Assembly: GCA_030704615.1 (NCBI GenBank)
Contig: CM060731.1
Location: 84,258,001-84,322,000, forward strand
Length of the DNA: 64,000 nt
Reading direction: 5' to 3'
DNA from: Takakia lepidozioides
Lineage: Eukaryota; Plantae; Bryophyta
Below are positions 24,301-37,100 of the stretch, piece by piece. Made by a program: the position numbers and the translations under genes. Below the pieces are notes generated by a model. The model saw nothing but the letters and a program-made list of their open reading frames with translations. It had not been told where the DNA came from and did no database searches. Within the stretch, counting starts at the first letter, position 1. Every line of letters begins with the position of its first letter.

Positions 24301-26258
24301 CTGGTGTCTTATCCAGAATGAACAGGCTGCCTTGCGATGTCCTGGCTGATTACAATAATAACATAGCTCTTCACCATTGGGTCCTCGCCCTTGGTCTGGT
24401 CTTGGATTATTTCTATAATCCTGATTCCCGGGCTGGTAATTCCCCCTTGGATTACCCTGATAGTTGCCTCTGGAATTTCCTTGGTAATTCCCTCTTGAAT
24501 TACCTCTCCCTTCCATGCCATTGTTATAACCACCAGACCTACCATAGTGGTCCTGATCATTGCTTCTTCTTGGCTGGGGCTGCACCTGATGCACCCTCAC
24601 TTGCCTAGGTTCTCTTGCAGCTGTCCTTCTGTTGTAGTAACAATTCTCAGTAGAATGGTTATCCATTTTACAGATAGTACAGTGTTTCTCCTTCATGTGG
24701 CATTCTGTAGTGGTATGGCCTTCATTCTGGCACTTTGCACACCATACACCCTTCCTCCAATGTGTTGCAGCCTCTGTGGCATACTTCTTCAAGATTTCTT
24801 CCAATCTTTTCTCATAGTTATCCCTCTTCAACTTTTCCTTTCTCTTACTCTTTCTTTTTAGTTCTTGCTCTTCTTCTTCATCTGACTCATCTTCAGAGTC
24901 CTCATCTTCCTTTTTCTCTCTCCTGAGCATTCCCAATTGCTCAATTCTGTTTGCAGTTTCAAATGCCTCCTCCACTATATTATGGGGTAACATATCCACT
25001 TTCTTCTGCAACTCTGGTCTTAGTCCACTCACAAACCAAGTCTTCTGTAAACCGGGTGCTGGTACTGCAGCCAGCTTTTTCATCATCAATTCCATCTTCT
25101 CCATATACTCTTCAACAGTTTCATGCTTCTTCTGCTTCAGCTGTTGTAAACTTCCATACACTTCATCCTCAGTTTTACTTGTCCTGAACCTATTTCGAAA
25201 TGCTGTATTCAAGCCATTCCAGGTTAGGAATGATTATCAGGGAATCTTGCATACCATTCACTTGCTTTCTTGATAAGTGAACAAGGAAACAGTCTCATCT
25301 TGGCATCATCGCCATTCTCATTGTTCACTATACACATGTGCTCAAATTGGCTAATGTGTACATCGGGATCCCCTTTTCCTGAATATATTGGAAAGGGTGG
25401 TTTTGCCCGTGTTGGTTGTAACGCCATCTGTGGCCCTACCTTCTGCCCACTGACAGGTGCTGGCACCCTTGCTGGTGCTGGTCCTTCTGGACCTGTTGTT
25501 TTTGTGGTGGATCTTCCACCAAGTGGTGGCCCTTGAGCACTCCCTGCTTCTGGCCCCACGATATTCACAGTATTCCCAGCTTCAGTTGCACTACTTCCCA
25601 CACTCCCTGTCCCCCCAGATCCAGATCCAGGCAGCCCGCCTGATCCCCCTGAGCCGACACCTTCGTTGGCCTGTGATCCAAGTGCTCCACTTGATCCAGG
25701 TCCAACGGGTTGGGATGTCCTGGTTGTAGTCTCAACCTCAGCTGTTGGGTCTACTTCTTCATATTCTTCCTCTTCCAATTTCTTCTCTCTGTTTTCATCC
25801 TCCAAGTTCTGCCCTTGGGTTTCTTCTTCACTCATGTAACTCAACTGTAATGGTGTTGGAGAGTCTGAACTCTCCGTTGGCTCTGCCACATCCTCATCTC
25901 CTTCTTCATCTTCTGCTTCAGAAACTGGAGTTCCTGCTTTTGGTGTTCCATGCCAACTCTTATCAAAGATTTCTGTCAAGTCTTTTATCCAAGGATGTAC
26001 CTCAGATCTTTCACCTCGTGATTGATCTTCTTCCTGTACCAATTCCCTTAATCTTTCTTGCAAAGAAACAGAAGGAGTGGCATCCAACTCTAGTTCTTCC
26101 GGTATAGGTGATGCACTTTTTGATCTTGATGGTGTGAGAGGTCCAGATGATTCCCCTATGTCTATTCCTCTCTCCCAAAGATATGGATAATTAGCTTTCA
26201 GATAGCTTTCTCTTTTTGATGAATATCTTTGTCGTCTAGCTTCTCTTTCATCACTCAT
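21388..26258 (-). CDS. gag-pol (gag with CCHC knuckles, protease, RT, RNase H); frameshift near 25220
   Basis: CYYCNQPGHRKAAC, VLIDGGSG, MPFGLCNAPATFQ, FLDD and VHCDASG. Confidence 0.95.
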
Positions 26259-26279
26259 GTCCCATGTCTTTCATTTCTT

Positions 26280-26800
26280 TTAATGTGGCAATAACCAAAA
26301 CTCTCTTCTGTAATATCTCTCGTATATGCCTGGATTTCTTTCAAGCTTCAATGCACCCTTGGCTATACTTGAAGTCTCCGTTACCATATAACCATATGGC
26401 AAACAAGTCTGAAAAGCTGTTCTTGGTGTGAGTTTGATCCACAAAATATCCTTTGGAATCCAATTCTTTACCAGTACAAGCTCTTCATGCATATGAGTAT
26501 AAACATTCACCTTTCTTTCTTCCCAACCTTCAAACTCTACTCGTTTAATGGATAGCAACGCTATCACATAAACTAATGTTGGTAACCAACGTGCTCTTCC
26601 TCTACAGGCTACCTGATAAATCTTTATCACTCCTTTCTCCAGACCCCATGCTGGATCAGCATCATGCACTCGTTTAAGAATATTTTCTTTACATCCGTCT
26701 GGCAATTCCAAGAACCTTTGAAAGAATTGTTTGGACAATCTTTCTTCCTTCGTTCCACAGGGAATTTGATTCACTTCAAACTCTTTAATGGTCCAACCAC
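26280..26800 (-). CDS. Accessory ORF between PBS and gag, unknown function
   Basis: Homologous to the ORF at 85-447 of the first element (WGLEKGVIKI / WGLKGGVISI; WIPKDIL / *IPKDLL). The start is uncertain. Confidence 0.55.
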
Positions 26801-29780
26801 CATGATCCCACCAGATGCCTGTCACATCTGGTTGTTCATGTCCCAGTTCCCCAGTATGGTCGCCAAATGTCGCGCGGCTTTTACTCGCTATCCGAGGCGG
26901 AAACTCCAAGATAGAAGAGTTGGAAATCTCTAAGTACTCAGCCCGCGCAGAACAATCAGTCATGACCTACAGCTCGTGTATCATGGGGGTGTTTCCTATT
27001 TGTTTCCTTTTCCGCATTCATCTTAGCTACCTTACCATTGATAATTAAGTATCAGTTTGCTTCATCAATTTATCGGTTTCCTTAACTCCTCCATTCAATC
27101 CACAGCTTCACTCAGATCTCTCTACACAGTGTGATTGTATCGTATAAGTATCAGATTATGATTTATCAGGTATCAGGCCGAAGCCATTATGTCTCTAATC
27201 TGCTCTACAATATCACTCTAGCTTTGCATATGACAAGCATCTACTAATCCTCTTTTCTCCTTCATCGTGCTCTCCGATCTCCGCTCCCGCCTGTCTCCGA
27301 AGTCCTCCCCGAATAATGATCCCCTTCCTATTCCCCGTTCTTCCCTTTATCCTCCTATCCGCGGTTCTAACCGTTTCCCTCTCTAACCGTCGTATGTGAA
27401 CTAACATGTTCCCTTCACTGGTGTTGTTCCCCACAGTCGTTCCCTGTCCTACTCTTCGTTCCCTATTATCGTGACAGCTGTGTCAAGCGGTGACTGGCTG
27501 TGTTTGGCTGTGTCGGGCTATGACTGGCTGTGTGGCTGTGCCGGGCTGTGACTGGCTGTGTGGGCTGTGTCTGCTGTGACGACTGTGACGGGCTGTGTGG
27601 GCTGTGACGACTGTGACGGCTGTGTGGGCTGTGACGACTGTGACGGGCTGTGTTGGCTGTGTGGGCTGTGACTGCTGTGTCGGCTGTGTGGGCTATGTAA
27701 CCCCCCTCTACAGTGCGCTGCTGTCACCCCTAAGGTTCCTGTTTGTCTCAGTCTGTGCAAAAATTAAGGGTACCCTACAGATCCCGTATAAGTGTCTAAG
27801 TCCCCTACAGTCCTCTAACAACATCCACAGGGGCCCCCAGGATAATCCTTGACATCTTTTGTTAGGCCTTGTAGCAGCAACATACTGAGTATATATGCAT
27901 ACACCTTCACAAAGAAACAAGCCTACCCAGGTGTGCAACTTGGCCTTCCTCTTTACCAAGGAGAGAACGACAAAGAATAGCACAGTGGTGAGGGCACAGT
28001 CTCCACCCTCTCAAGAGCTCGGGTATAATTTAGCTAAGCCTCTATTTGAGGGTGACTAACAAAGGTTTTTCTAAAAGGGTATGAATATCTTCAGCGTGCT
28101 CTCAATGCATGGTGGGATTTTGGCAGACCTGATATACAGTACAATTCTACTACCTTGCACTCTCTCATTCGAAAACTCACAACTAATGACTACCAAAGTG
28201 TAGCACCTGTATCAACTGCAGCAGAATCTGGCCATTCTCGTGAATGCTCAATTCTGCTACATTGTCGAAACGATTAGCGAGGGCCCTACAAAAGATTTCA
28301 AACTGTGAATAATTATGGTGCTCATTGTTATCCACTGAGGCATAGGTTGGGGATGTGAAGCCTCTTGAAGTCTTGCCTGCGATCACTGCAGTCCTCATTG
28401 AGCTCGTCGAGGAGGTACATATCAATGAGGAGCAGAAGTGAATTCACTGCCGCATAGACACTTTGCCTGCGCCCATCCGTCGATTGGGCAATGTGTTCCT
28501 ATGCTATACGGCCTGTAACAACAGGCACATTACACAATCAGAGGGGCATGTTACAGTTGAAGTAGATATGTACCTGAATCTAAAAAAAATCCTATTGGGT
28601 GGGGAGTGACATTATTGAATAGTGGCGTGATTGACAATGTTTGGAGGCTTACCCATTTTCGTTTGAAGAAAGAGATTCTTGTCTGCCTCTAAGTGGGAGT
28701 AATAGCCAAAACAGAATAGTTTATAGCCATGCCAAAAATCCTGAGGTCTGTCCACCCAATTGCCACAATTACAACACAATTTGAGGCTCAACCCGCAACC
28801 ATCTACAGTTCTGAGTGAAACTATGGTGGCTCATTAGCAGTACACTTGGGTTTGTAATTAAGAAGGAAGGAAGGCATCTAGTTAGCAAACAGACCAATCT
28901 CACAGCAAGTGCACAGATACTTCAAGCCTGGCCATATGTTCCTAACATTGATTTCAAATCACAGAAAACAGAGACGATCGAAACAGTCTCACTGCTATGA
29001 CTACCCTCCAGTGCTGGCACGTTTGCTTGTTGAGGCGAGAGTTCAACACCACCAGTAGCGTTCCATTGCGAGATTAATGTGAACCTAGCTAATATAGAAC
29101 CCAAGTTTGACACTGAGTGACAGTGACTGATGGGATAGAGAAGCAATGAGTGATGTTCATTTTAGCACCCCGAATTGTGACAAACCATATGCAGTTGTTC
29201 TGGAGAGCAGGCAATAGACCGACATTCCAGATACGAGGAGAAGTATAATAGGCAGAATAATTTGTGACATATGCTTTCCTGCTTGGTGACCACTGTGCAT
29301 TACAGCTATTGGGATTCACTACACTACTTCATGACAACAGCTAAAGGCTCTTGTGAAGGAATGCAAAATCTCACCCAAAATCGAGTTTGCGAAGTCTCTG
29401 CTGCATGTCTGTTCACGAATGGTGGATCCACGATGAAGCGCTGATGGAATTCTGAGCCCTTGCGAAATTGAGCTAAACCTGCAGGGGATTTCGCAAAATT
29501 GGCAACAACACTGCGGTGCATCCTGTATGTTCCCCTCATGTGCACGAATGGTTCTATTAGGTTAACCATGCTCAAAAGATAGTCTAATCAAAGGATGGGC
29601 CCAAAATGCATACAACTGCATCATAATTCCATCGCACCTATTCTTGAGACGTGCTGCGGCAGACCTATCATAGTGGGTCGGTTGGCCAGGCATCCAGGTG
29701 ACATAATTTTGTAGTCCTCCCCAACTTGAGCAACCCTTGGGGGGCTTATTCATCTTTGCTCAACTTCTATTAATTTATTA

Positions 29781-30189
29781 TGTCATGGTTTGTGTTTTTT
29801 TTGGGGCCTTGCCGTGTGCAGACCCCCTAGGTACTAGTAACTAGTAAGTGAGTAAGTAGTCAGTGAGAGGGGAAGAGAGCCCCGACTCTCTTTATATTAC
29901 CCTCAAAGGGCGGTGGGACCTTCTAGAAGTCAGCCAAGCCCTCAGCGGTGGGACCCTTCTAGAAGGTTGCCTCCGCCATGTACGTACACTTCTCCAAGCC
30001 TATGGCTGTTGGTCCCACTGCCGCACCATCCATGTATTAATGTCCCTGGCATGGGGTGCGCAATTTTCCGGGCCCTCTTCTTAGCCTTAATACAGGCTTT
30101 TCCCGTTCCCTATGGGCCCTAGTTACTCTCTAATCCCACACCCCCTTTCAAACCTGGGCCCTTTGAGTGGCTCTGTGTTCGACATGACA
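29781..30189. mobile_element. Possible solo LTR
   Basis: TGTCATG...CATGACA termini, 409 bp, internal TATA-like tract; no exact TSD. Confidence 0.4.
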
Positions 30190-31146
30190 TTTAATGCACA
30201 ATGCACACCCATTCTGCACACTATCCGTGAACTGAATGCCTGAATAAACTGCAAAACACTCTTCTTTTTCGATAGGATAACTGGATAACTCTATAGATAG
30301 ACTTGTTTATTTAGCACCACCTTGCCTGCTGACAGGGCATCAAAACAAGGCCAAGGAAGGAATACAATCTTGGAAGTTTATTTCATTTGTACACTCAGAG
30401 TGCAATCCAAGTCCCTTTGTGGCCATCCACAGTGCTACGCTGGTGATTTCCAGCAACCTGCACTGATGTACATAGACCAAGACACCCAAGAGGAAGGCAA
30501 GATGGGCACTACAATCTCCTTCAATTTGCTGCCAGCAAGATAGGGAAGAAAGAAACTGAGTTTGTCTCATTTTACTGAACTTATCCACAATTTCAGTCAT
30601 TGAAGGGGGCTTGGGTTTTCTGCTATGAACTTTGGACGAAGAGAATGAGCTCACCTTCTGAACTAGAAACATGAACACATTTTCAAAGTCATCAACAGGT
30701 AAGGTGTTTGACACTGACATTGGCAAACCATATTACCACCAAATCAGCATGATTACATGGATAACCTGGACATGCCAATCTTTTGTTACTTCATCTGCCC
30801 ATGCAAAGAATGTCCCAGAGGTTGTGGAAGAGTTCAACCTCCAAGCCCATGTTCAACCTCCAGAAGGCAGAGGATGTGTAAAGAAATCAATCAATGAAAT
30901 GAAAGATCGTCATTCAATGTACCCCTGTGTCTGATGAAATCACTAGACTCACTTAACTTTTGGGTGAACATACAAAATACAGCTAATAAATATGGGACGA
31001 ATGGCCGCGAAAGGGGGAAGAAAGGGGACCTCTCCATAGACCTCCCCCTAAAAAATTGGTCGTGTTCATTCTTCTTTAAATTACTCTTAATTACAGCTGT
31101 CTCTGGGTTTTAGACAGACAGCTGAAGACAGTAGAAGAATTGCGAG

Positions 31147-34100
31147 CTATGGGGATGGGCTCCGAGAAGTCCATGACCCTGAAGGCTTGATTGATTCCAG
31201 AACCTGCACAGCCTCTGCTATACTTGGCCGCTTAGCAGGCACCTGCACCCCAGTCATCCCTTCTGAGTCAGCATGGTGAGAGATTTGCATTGGCCCGCAA
31301 CTATCACCTTATGTATCTATTTCCTAGAAGTCTGCATCGAAACCATGTCACAAAGAGCAGTTAATTGATAATTACACCTAAATAAATACCTGCAGTAAAC
31401 AACAAGCATTGACCCCACGAGTAACTTTCCATGGGTTCCACTTTCCCCACGAGTGCCAGGTGATCAGAAGTTACCCTACATTTCACAGAAAAAAGAGCAA
31501 AGCATGTGAAAAACAAAATGCACTGACCTGAGCTGTGCACACAAGAGCGAGCTTCAGCACTTGCATCACTTCACTCTCTGGGAAGAGGTTGAGCTTGGGG
31601 TCTATACAATCCACACCCCTTCCCTGTTCCAGAGTGGATCTAACAAACTCTGCCAGTGCAGTTGTGCTCCCAACAGCATCCTCATCAGGCTGCTGGCCAG
31701 TCACCAGCTCTAGGAGCACCACTCCATAGCTGTAGACATCACACTTCTCGGAAAGACGAAGACTCTGGCCAGCAAGTTCAGGGGCAACATAGCCAAGTGT
31801 TGCATGGGACTTGCGGGCGGAGATGTAAGTGTCTAGGATGGGGAGGAACTTCCCCAACCCATAATCGCTAATCTTGGGCTCAAAGCTTTCGTCCAAAAGA
31901 ATGTTGGCAGGGGTGAGGTTGAAGTGCACAACTTGTGACCTGTGTGTGTGCGACCCACAATTTACAGTTGACAATGGTCAAGGATACTCCTCTTTACAAA
32001 CCAGTAAGGGTCTAGAAATTATGAAAGTAACAAGGTGAACAGCTAAATTGTCACATATGAGTATCATGAAATGTGAGGTTAAAAAAAGAACAATAATTAC
32101 ATTCCAACTATTGCTGACTTCAGTAGGCATCTCTCTCTCTCTCTCAGTCCATCTCCCTGTCCTCTAGGAAGCCTATTGACATTGGGTGGACTTGAAACGG
32201 GAGTACATTAATGTCTCTGTGACTAAATGCCGGCCTTGTGACCTCGTGTCCTTGTTTGTTTTGACCTGAAGCGCTTTGCTTCAGGTAAGGTAGTGCATTG
32301 GATTTAGTTGGAAAGCTTGGGGCCTTTCCCTCTTTAGAATATGCCTACACGGGCCATTCCCTGCAACTCCCTGGAGTGTGATCTCTGAATGGTAACAAGC
32401 GGACTCCTACCGCTTGGGGGCAGCCCCTCCGCCCAAATTGGGCAGTCGTATGCTCTGTCTAGCATACTCGGCACTTGGGCTCGGGTTGGTTCCTGTGCTT
32501 AAACTTATGGCCTGCGAAAACAATCAAAAATTTAGCTCCTATCAACATCAACACTCCTCAGGGTGATCCCTGGGAATTGGTTACTTATGCCAAATCTAGG
32601 GCTTCATGTGTAGTTTTTGGGGTGAATCCCAGGATGGACGATGTGTCCTTTAAAACTACATGCTCTAGCTTAGGCTTGGATTTCATGGCTAATGGTACCA
32701 TCTCGAGACTTGATAACAGGGGTACGTTGAAGGTTGCAATGACCAAAAGTGCTTCTAATAGAGTCCCGCATCAATTCAATCTCAAAGAAGTTCGTCCCTT
32801 GACTGGCTGGAGAGCGGTCTTAGACATTGGTGATTCAATGGGGCGCTCTAGGAAGACAACCAAGGGCAACAACTTCAACTTGAGAGTTTCTAATCGGTTT
32901 GATGCTCTGGATGAGGTTGAATCCAAACAGCCAGAAAGACAAGAGGCCCCTAAGTATACGGAACCTGAACGTCCTGAATCTGAAGGATTTGGTACTCTGA
33001 ATGGTTTACCAATCCTCAAGGTTTACACAAGACGAACAAATTCTATACACGGGGTAATTGTCCCCAAGCCGTCAGATGGACAATCTGTCCCTAAGTGTGC
33101 AGAGCCTGAACGTCGTGTAACTGAAGGATTTGGTACTCTAAATGGTTTACCAATCCTCAAAGTCTACACAAGACGAGCAAAATCTATACACGGGGTAATT
33201 GTCCCCAAGCAGTCTGACGGACAATCTGCCCCTATGTGTGCGGAGCCTGTGCGTCGTGTAACTGAAAGATTTGGTACCCTGAATGGTTTACCAATTCTCA
33301 AAGTTTACACAAGACGAGCAAAATCTACACATGGGGTAACTGTCCCCCCTTTGCAGAACGGTTGGCCGTCCAGGAGCAATCACAAGCTACCTCGACGACA
33401 AACAATTCACACGCAAAGGGCTGGCTTGCGGCTGGCCACTTTCAACTTCTCAGGGTTGACCAACCAAAGGAAACAACTTGAAGTGGGACAAGTTCTTCGG
33501 ACTAATGATATTCATATCTGTGCTGGGCAAGAAACATGGGAAACGTCGGATAAACTGGTTGGAGATGTCATTGGTTATAAATGGGCAGGTAAGATGTGTA
33601 CTCTCAAGGCAGCCTCTGCCAAACGCGGTCAAAAAGGGGTCGGATTCTTTGTCCGTGATTTCTTGTTTGACAATTGTGAAATTATCAACAAGGGTTTGAG
33701 GTATGGGCATAGTATCTGGCTAAAACTGAATTTGAAGGGCGGCATGAGTACAAAGGACCTCTTTGTTGGTTGTGTTTACATGCCCACAGAGGGGACCCTT
33801 AGTGCTGACGCAGACGCCTTCGAAGATGTAAAGCTGGACTGTGCTTCGTTCCTTGCCAAAGGTCAGGTGGTACTATTGGGGGACTTCAATGCCCGGGTGG
33901 GCAAAGGGATCCATCAGGCCGATATCATTGGACCTTTTGGTGAGGACGAGCTGAATTCTAATGGCAGACGGTTAATTAACTGTCTAGAAGAGCTTCAGCT
34001 TTTGACCTTGAATAACAGGACAAGTGGTGACCAAGTGCAGTGGACTCGTGAGAAATCCCAAACTGGGGAACGTTCCATTGTGGTTTGGACTGAGATCAAA

Positions 34101-37100
34101 AGGTGTTTTCCCACCACCAAGAGATCTGTGAAACGTTCGATTCGGAAGTGGCGCATAGAAAAATTCCACAATGAGGAGGTCAAGGCTGAGTACATCCAGG
34201 CCTTGCAAGAGGCTCTCCCTCATTTTGTCCAATCGCTCCAAGAACTTCAGTCACGCTCTGTTAACGCAAGAAATGAAGTCGAAAGAGCAGTGGACTCTTG
34301 GGAGAGTTTCGTTTCCTCCGTGGCTGACAAGATCATTGGGAGGAAACTAATTGTCTGCGGTAGAGCAGTTAATTGGTGGACTAATGAGATTAAACTCAAG
34401 ATAGCTGAGAGACGAGCCCTCTATAAAGAGTGCTGCAATTTGGAAACCAACAGAGAATTGTGGGCGAGGTACTACCAGCTCCGTAAAGATATCAATCAGC
34501 TTGTTAGGTCTCAGAAGAAATTATACTGGGACAAGTTATACAGTGAAATAAACTCAAACCACCATGGTGGTAATGACAAGAAATTCTGGTTGGCCCTTCA
34601 ACGTTTGTACAAGCCGAAAAACGGTCAGCAAGTACAAGCGCTGAAGACTACTAAAGGTGCAGTGGTGACTTCATCGGTTGACATTGTCAAAACCTTTGAA
34701 ACTCACTACAGTATCCTTGGCAGAACTTCTGCTGAATGGAGGGACACAGTTGGAAAAACTGTTCCTGATGAACTGGAGTATATTTCAATGGCTTATAATG
34801 CTCCCATTAGTTCTTCTGAGATTGTGGAAGCAATTGAACATTTAAATGGATATAAAGCTGGTGGACCTGATGGTATTGTCAACGAGCTTATCAAGCACGG
34901 TGGCGATCCCATGATAGAGGCCCTAGTTCTCCTCTTTAACCTTATCTGGAAGACTGAAATGATCCCCTTTCGCTGGCGACAGGGGGTCATTGTCAATCTA
35001 TACAAGAAGGGTGACAGAGAAGAACCGGGGAACTACCGTGGCATCACGCTCCTCAATGCTGTTGGCAAGACATTCTGCAGAGTTATAAGTACTCGTCTCG
35101 AGGTTGATCTGGAGTCTAGAGGTTGTTTCCACGCCAAGCTGGCTTTCGGCGAAACAGGGGCTGTGTGGATCATATCTTCACTCTAAGCCAGATTATCCAG
35201 GGAAGGAAAAAAGAAGGGAAACCCACTTATGTCTTTTTCCTGGATGTCAAAAAGGCTTATGACACAGTGTGGAGAGATGGCCTATGGTTCCGCCTCTGGA
35301 AAGATGTGGAGAGTTGTCCACAACTTGTATGCTCACACCAAAAGCTGTGTCACTGTTAACGGACAGAAGTCCAACTTCTTTGACATAGACCAAGGTGTAG
35401 CTCAAGGATGTACTCTCTCCCCTCTGCTCTTCAATGTTTTCATCAATCAACTCCTCGAGGATGTGGAAAGTGAGGGATTTGGGTTAAGGGTGGGTGATAC
35501 CACCATACCAGCCCTTATGTTTGCGGATGACTTCGCAGGCATAGGGGAGACTCCAACCAATCTCCAGGAGTTGATTGATTGCGCGAAGAGATACTTTGAT
35601 CTTTGGGGGCTAGAGGCTAATGTCAGCAAATGTGCAGTGGTAGCATTCAACGACAGAGGAGAGGGAGGAAGTGATCTTAAGTGGCAGTGGGGTAGCCAAG
35701 AGATCCCGGTCCTCCCTTCCTACACTTACCTGGGCGTTGAGTTCTCCTCCAATTGTAATTGGGATGCACATATCCGGAAAGTTGTTCAAACTGGCAAGGG
35801 CAAAGCTCTGGGGCTCACTAAATTTTTCCACTGCAGAGGGGTCAACTCTGAGGTTAAGAAAACCATGCTTTGTCGCGTTATTAGACCTGCCTTGGAGTAC
35901 GGATCTGCTATATGGGTTGATAACTCCAACCAGGCTAAGTCTCTAGAATCCATTCAAGTGGGGGTGCTTAAGGAGTGTAAATCAGCATGCTCCAAAACAG
36001 CCAATGTGGCTGTTCGGGGTGAGTTTGGCATTCCGTCCTTAAGCTCCCGACGAGATGAATTCAAGGTCAGATGGTGGGGTCAGCTGCAACATATGCCCAA
36101 CACCAGATATCCTAAGTTAATCGACTCTATATCTTGGAAACAGGACCGCCCTGTCAAACAGGCTAAGTCCTGGCAGAAGAGAGTAGAAGAGATCCTCAAG
36201 GACCTGGACCTGGATCCGCAAGTCTTGACCCTGCTGGATAAATCTGACTTAGAGGCTGTAGTGTCCTCAGCCATGTCTGTTGCCATGAGATTGTCTGATG
36301 AAAATGATGTTAGGCAGAAAACTTCCCTGAACTTGTTTCCAGTCTGTGACATGGGGGAGGACATCTTGGATGACCTCAAGGGTCTACCCACTCTCGGCAC
36401 TAGACTGAAATTTAAACTCAGGGCAGGAAGCCTACCTTTGAACAGCAAACAGAAGCAGAGAGGAAAGGGAGAGTGCAATTGCCCGTTGTGTGGGCAATCT
36501 GAAGACAGTATTTATTTTCTGATACACTGTCCGGGGTTCTCTCACCAAAGAGACGCTCTATTCAAATCTATTAAGGGAATTGTGCCTGTACCCCTGTTTA
36601 CCAACTTTGAAAGTCTCGAGGCTGAGCCAAAAGCCCAGGCCCTCCTGAGGCCTAGTTTTTAGGCAAATCACACACAGCAGATTGATGCTTGTGTGAAGGG
36701 ATTTCTAGAGGATATCTGGAAAACCCGGATTAATTCTTTATATGGAGGTAAGTCTTACTACCAACGTCAGCCCCTGACAGAGGTAGGTTCTGTCCCTTTT
36801 GTTCCCGCTCAAACTGGGCGCGGGGTCAATGGCCATGGCCACAAGGCTACGGCAAACAACGTCTTATGAGTACAATCTCTCTCTCAGTAAATCACACTAA
36901 GCCCCTCACAAAGATAGTTTATGCTCCCTTTTGTTCCGCCCAAACTGGGCGGGAGGTCTGTGGCCACAAGGCTACGGCAAACATCGTCATCGTCTTAGGA
37001 GTATACTCTCTCTCTCTCTCCCCATCCAACGGTCTACTCTGTAAACCTCTCTACACTGATTTACCAAAGGTGAAAGTTAACAAAGTGGCACACAATTCAC

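Larger units (their letters stand above)
14593..27820 (-). mobile_element. Near-complete, young non-chromoviral Ty3/gypsy retrotransposon with extra ORFs
   Basis: LTRs 26868-27820 and 14593-15530 differ mostly by small indels. PBS TGGCGACCATACTGGGG (26849-26865) and PPT (15533-15545) are present. Domain order is gag-PR-RT-RH-IN. The TSD cannot be checked because of the gap. Confidence 0.97.

Noticed and set aside
21380-25230. Programmed frameshifts in gag-pol (near 25220 and 21390)
   Set aside because: The twin LTRs differ by many 1-nt homopolymer indels, so sequencing or assembly error is the simpler explanation. The same caveat applies to the frameshift near 49967.
27860-28061. Short solo LTR (TGTTAG...CTAACA)
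   Set aside because: No TSD and no second copy in the window
28150-29750. Possible exons of another gene
   Set aside because: Splice-like signals exist, but no recognisable or consistent reading frame
31900-31935. Catalytic HRD replaced by HFN as a novel kinase lesion
   Set aside because: An HxN catalytic loop is typical of this LRR-VII subfamily, so it is not a local novelty
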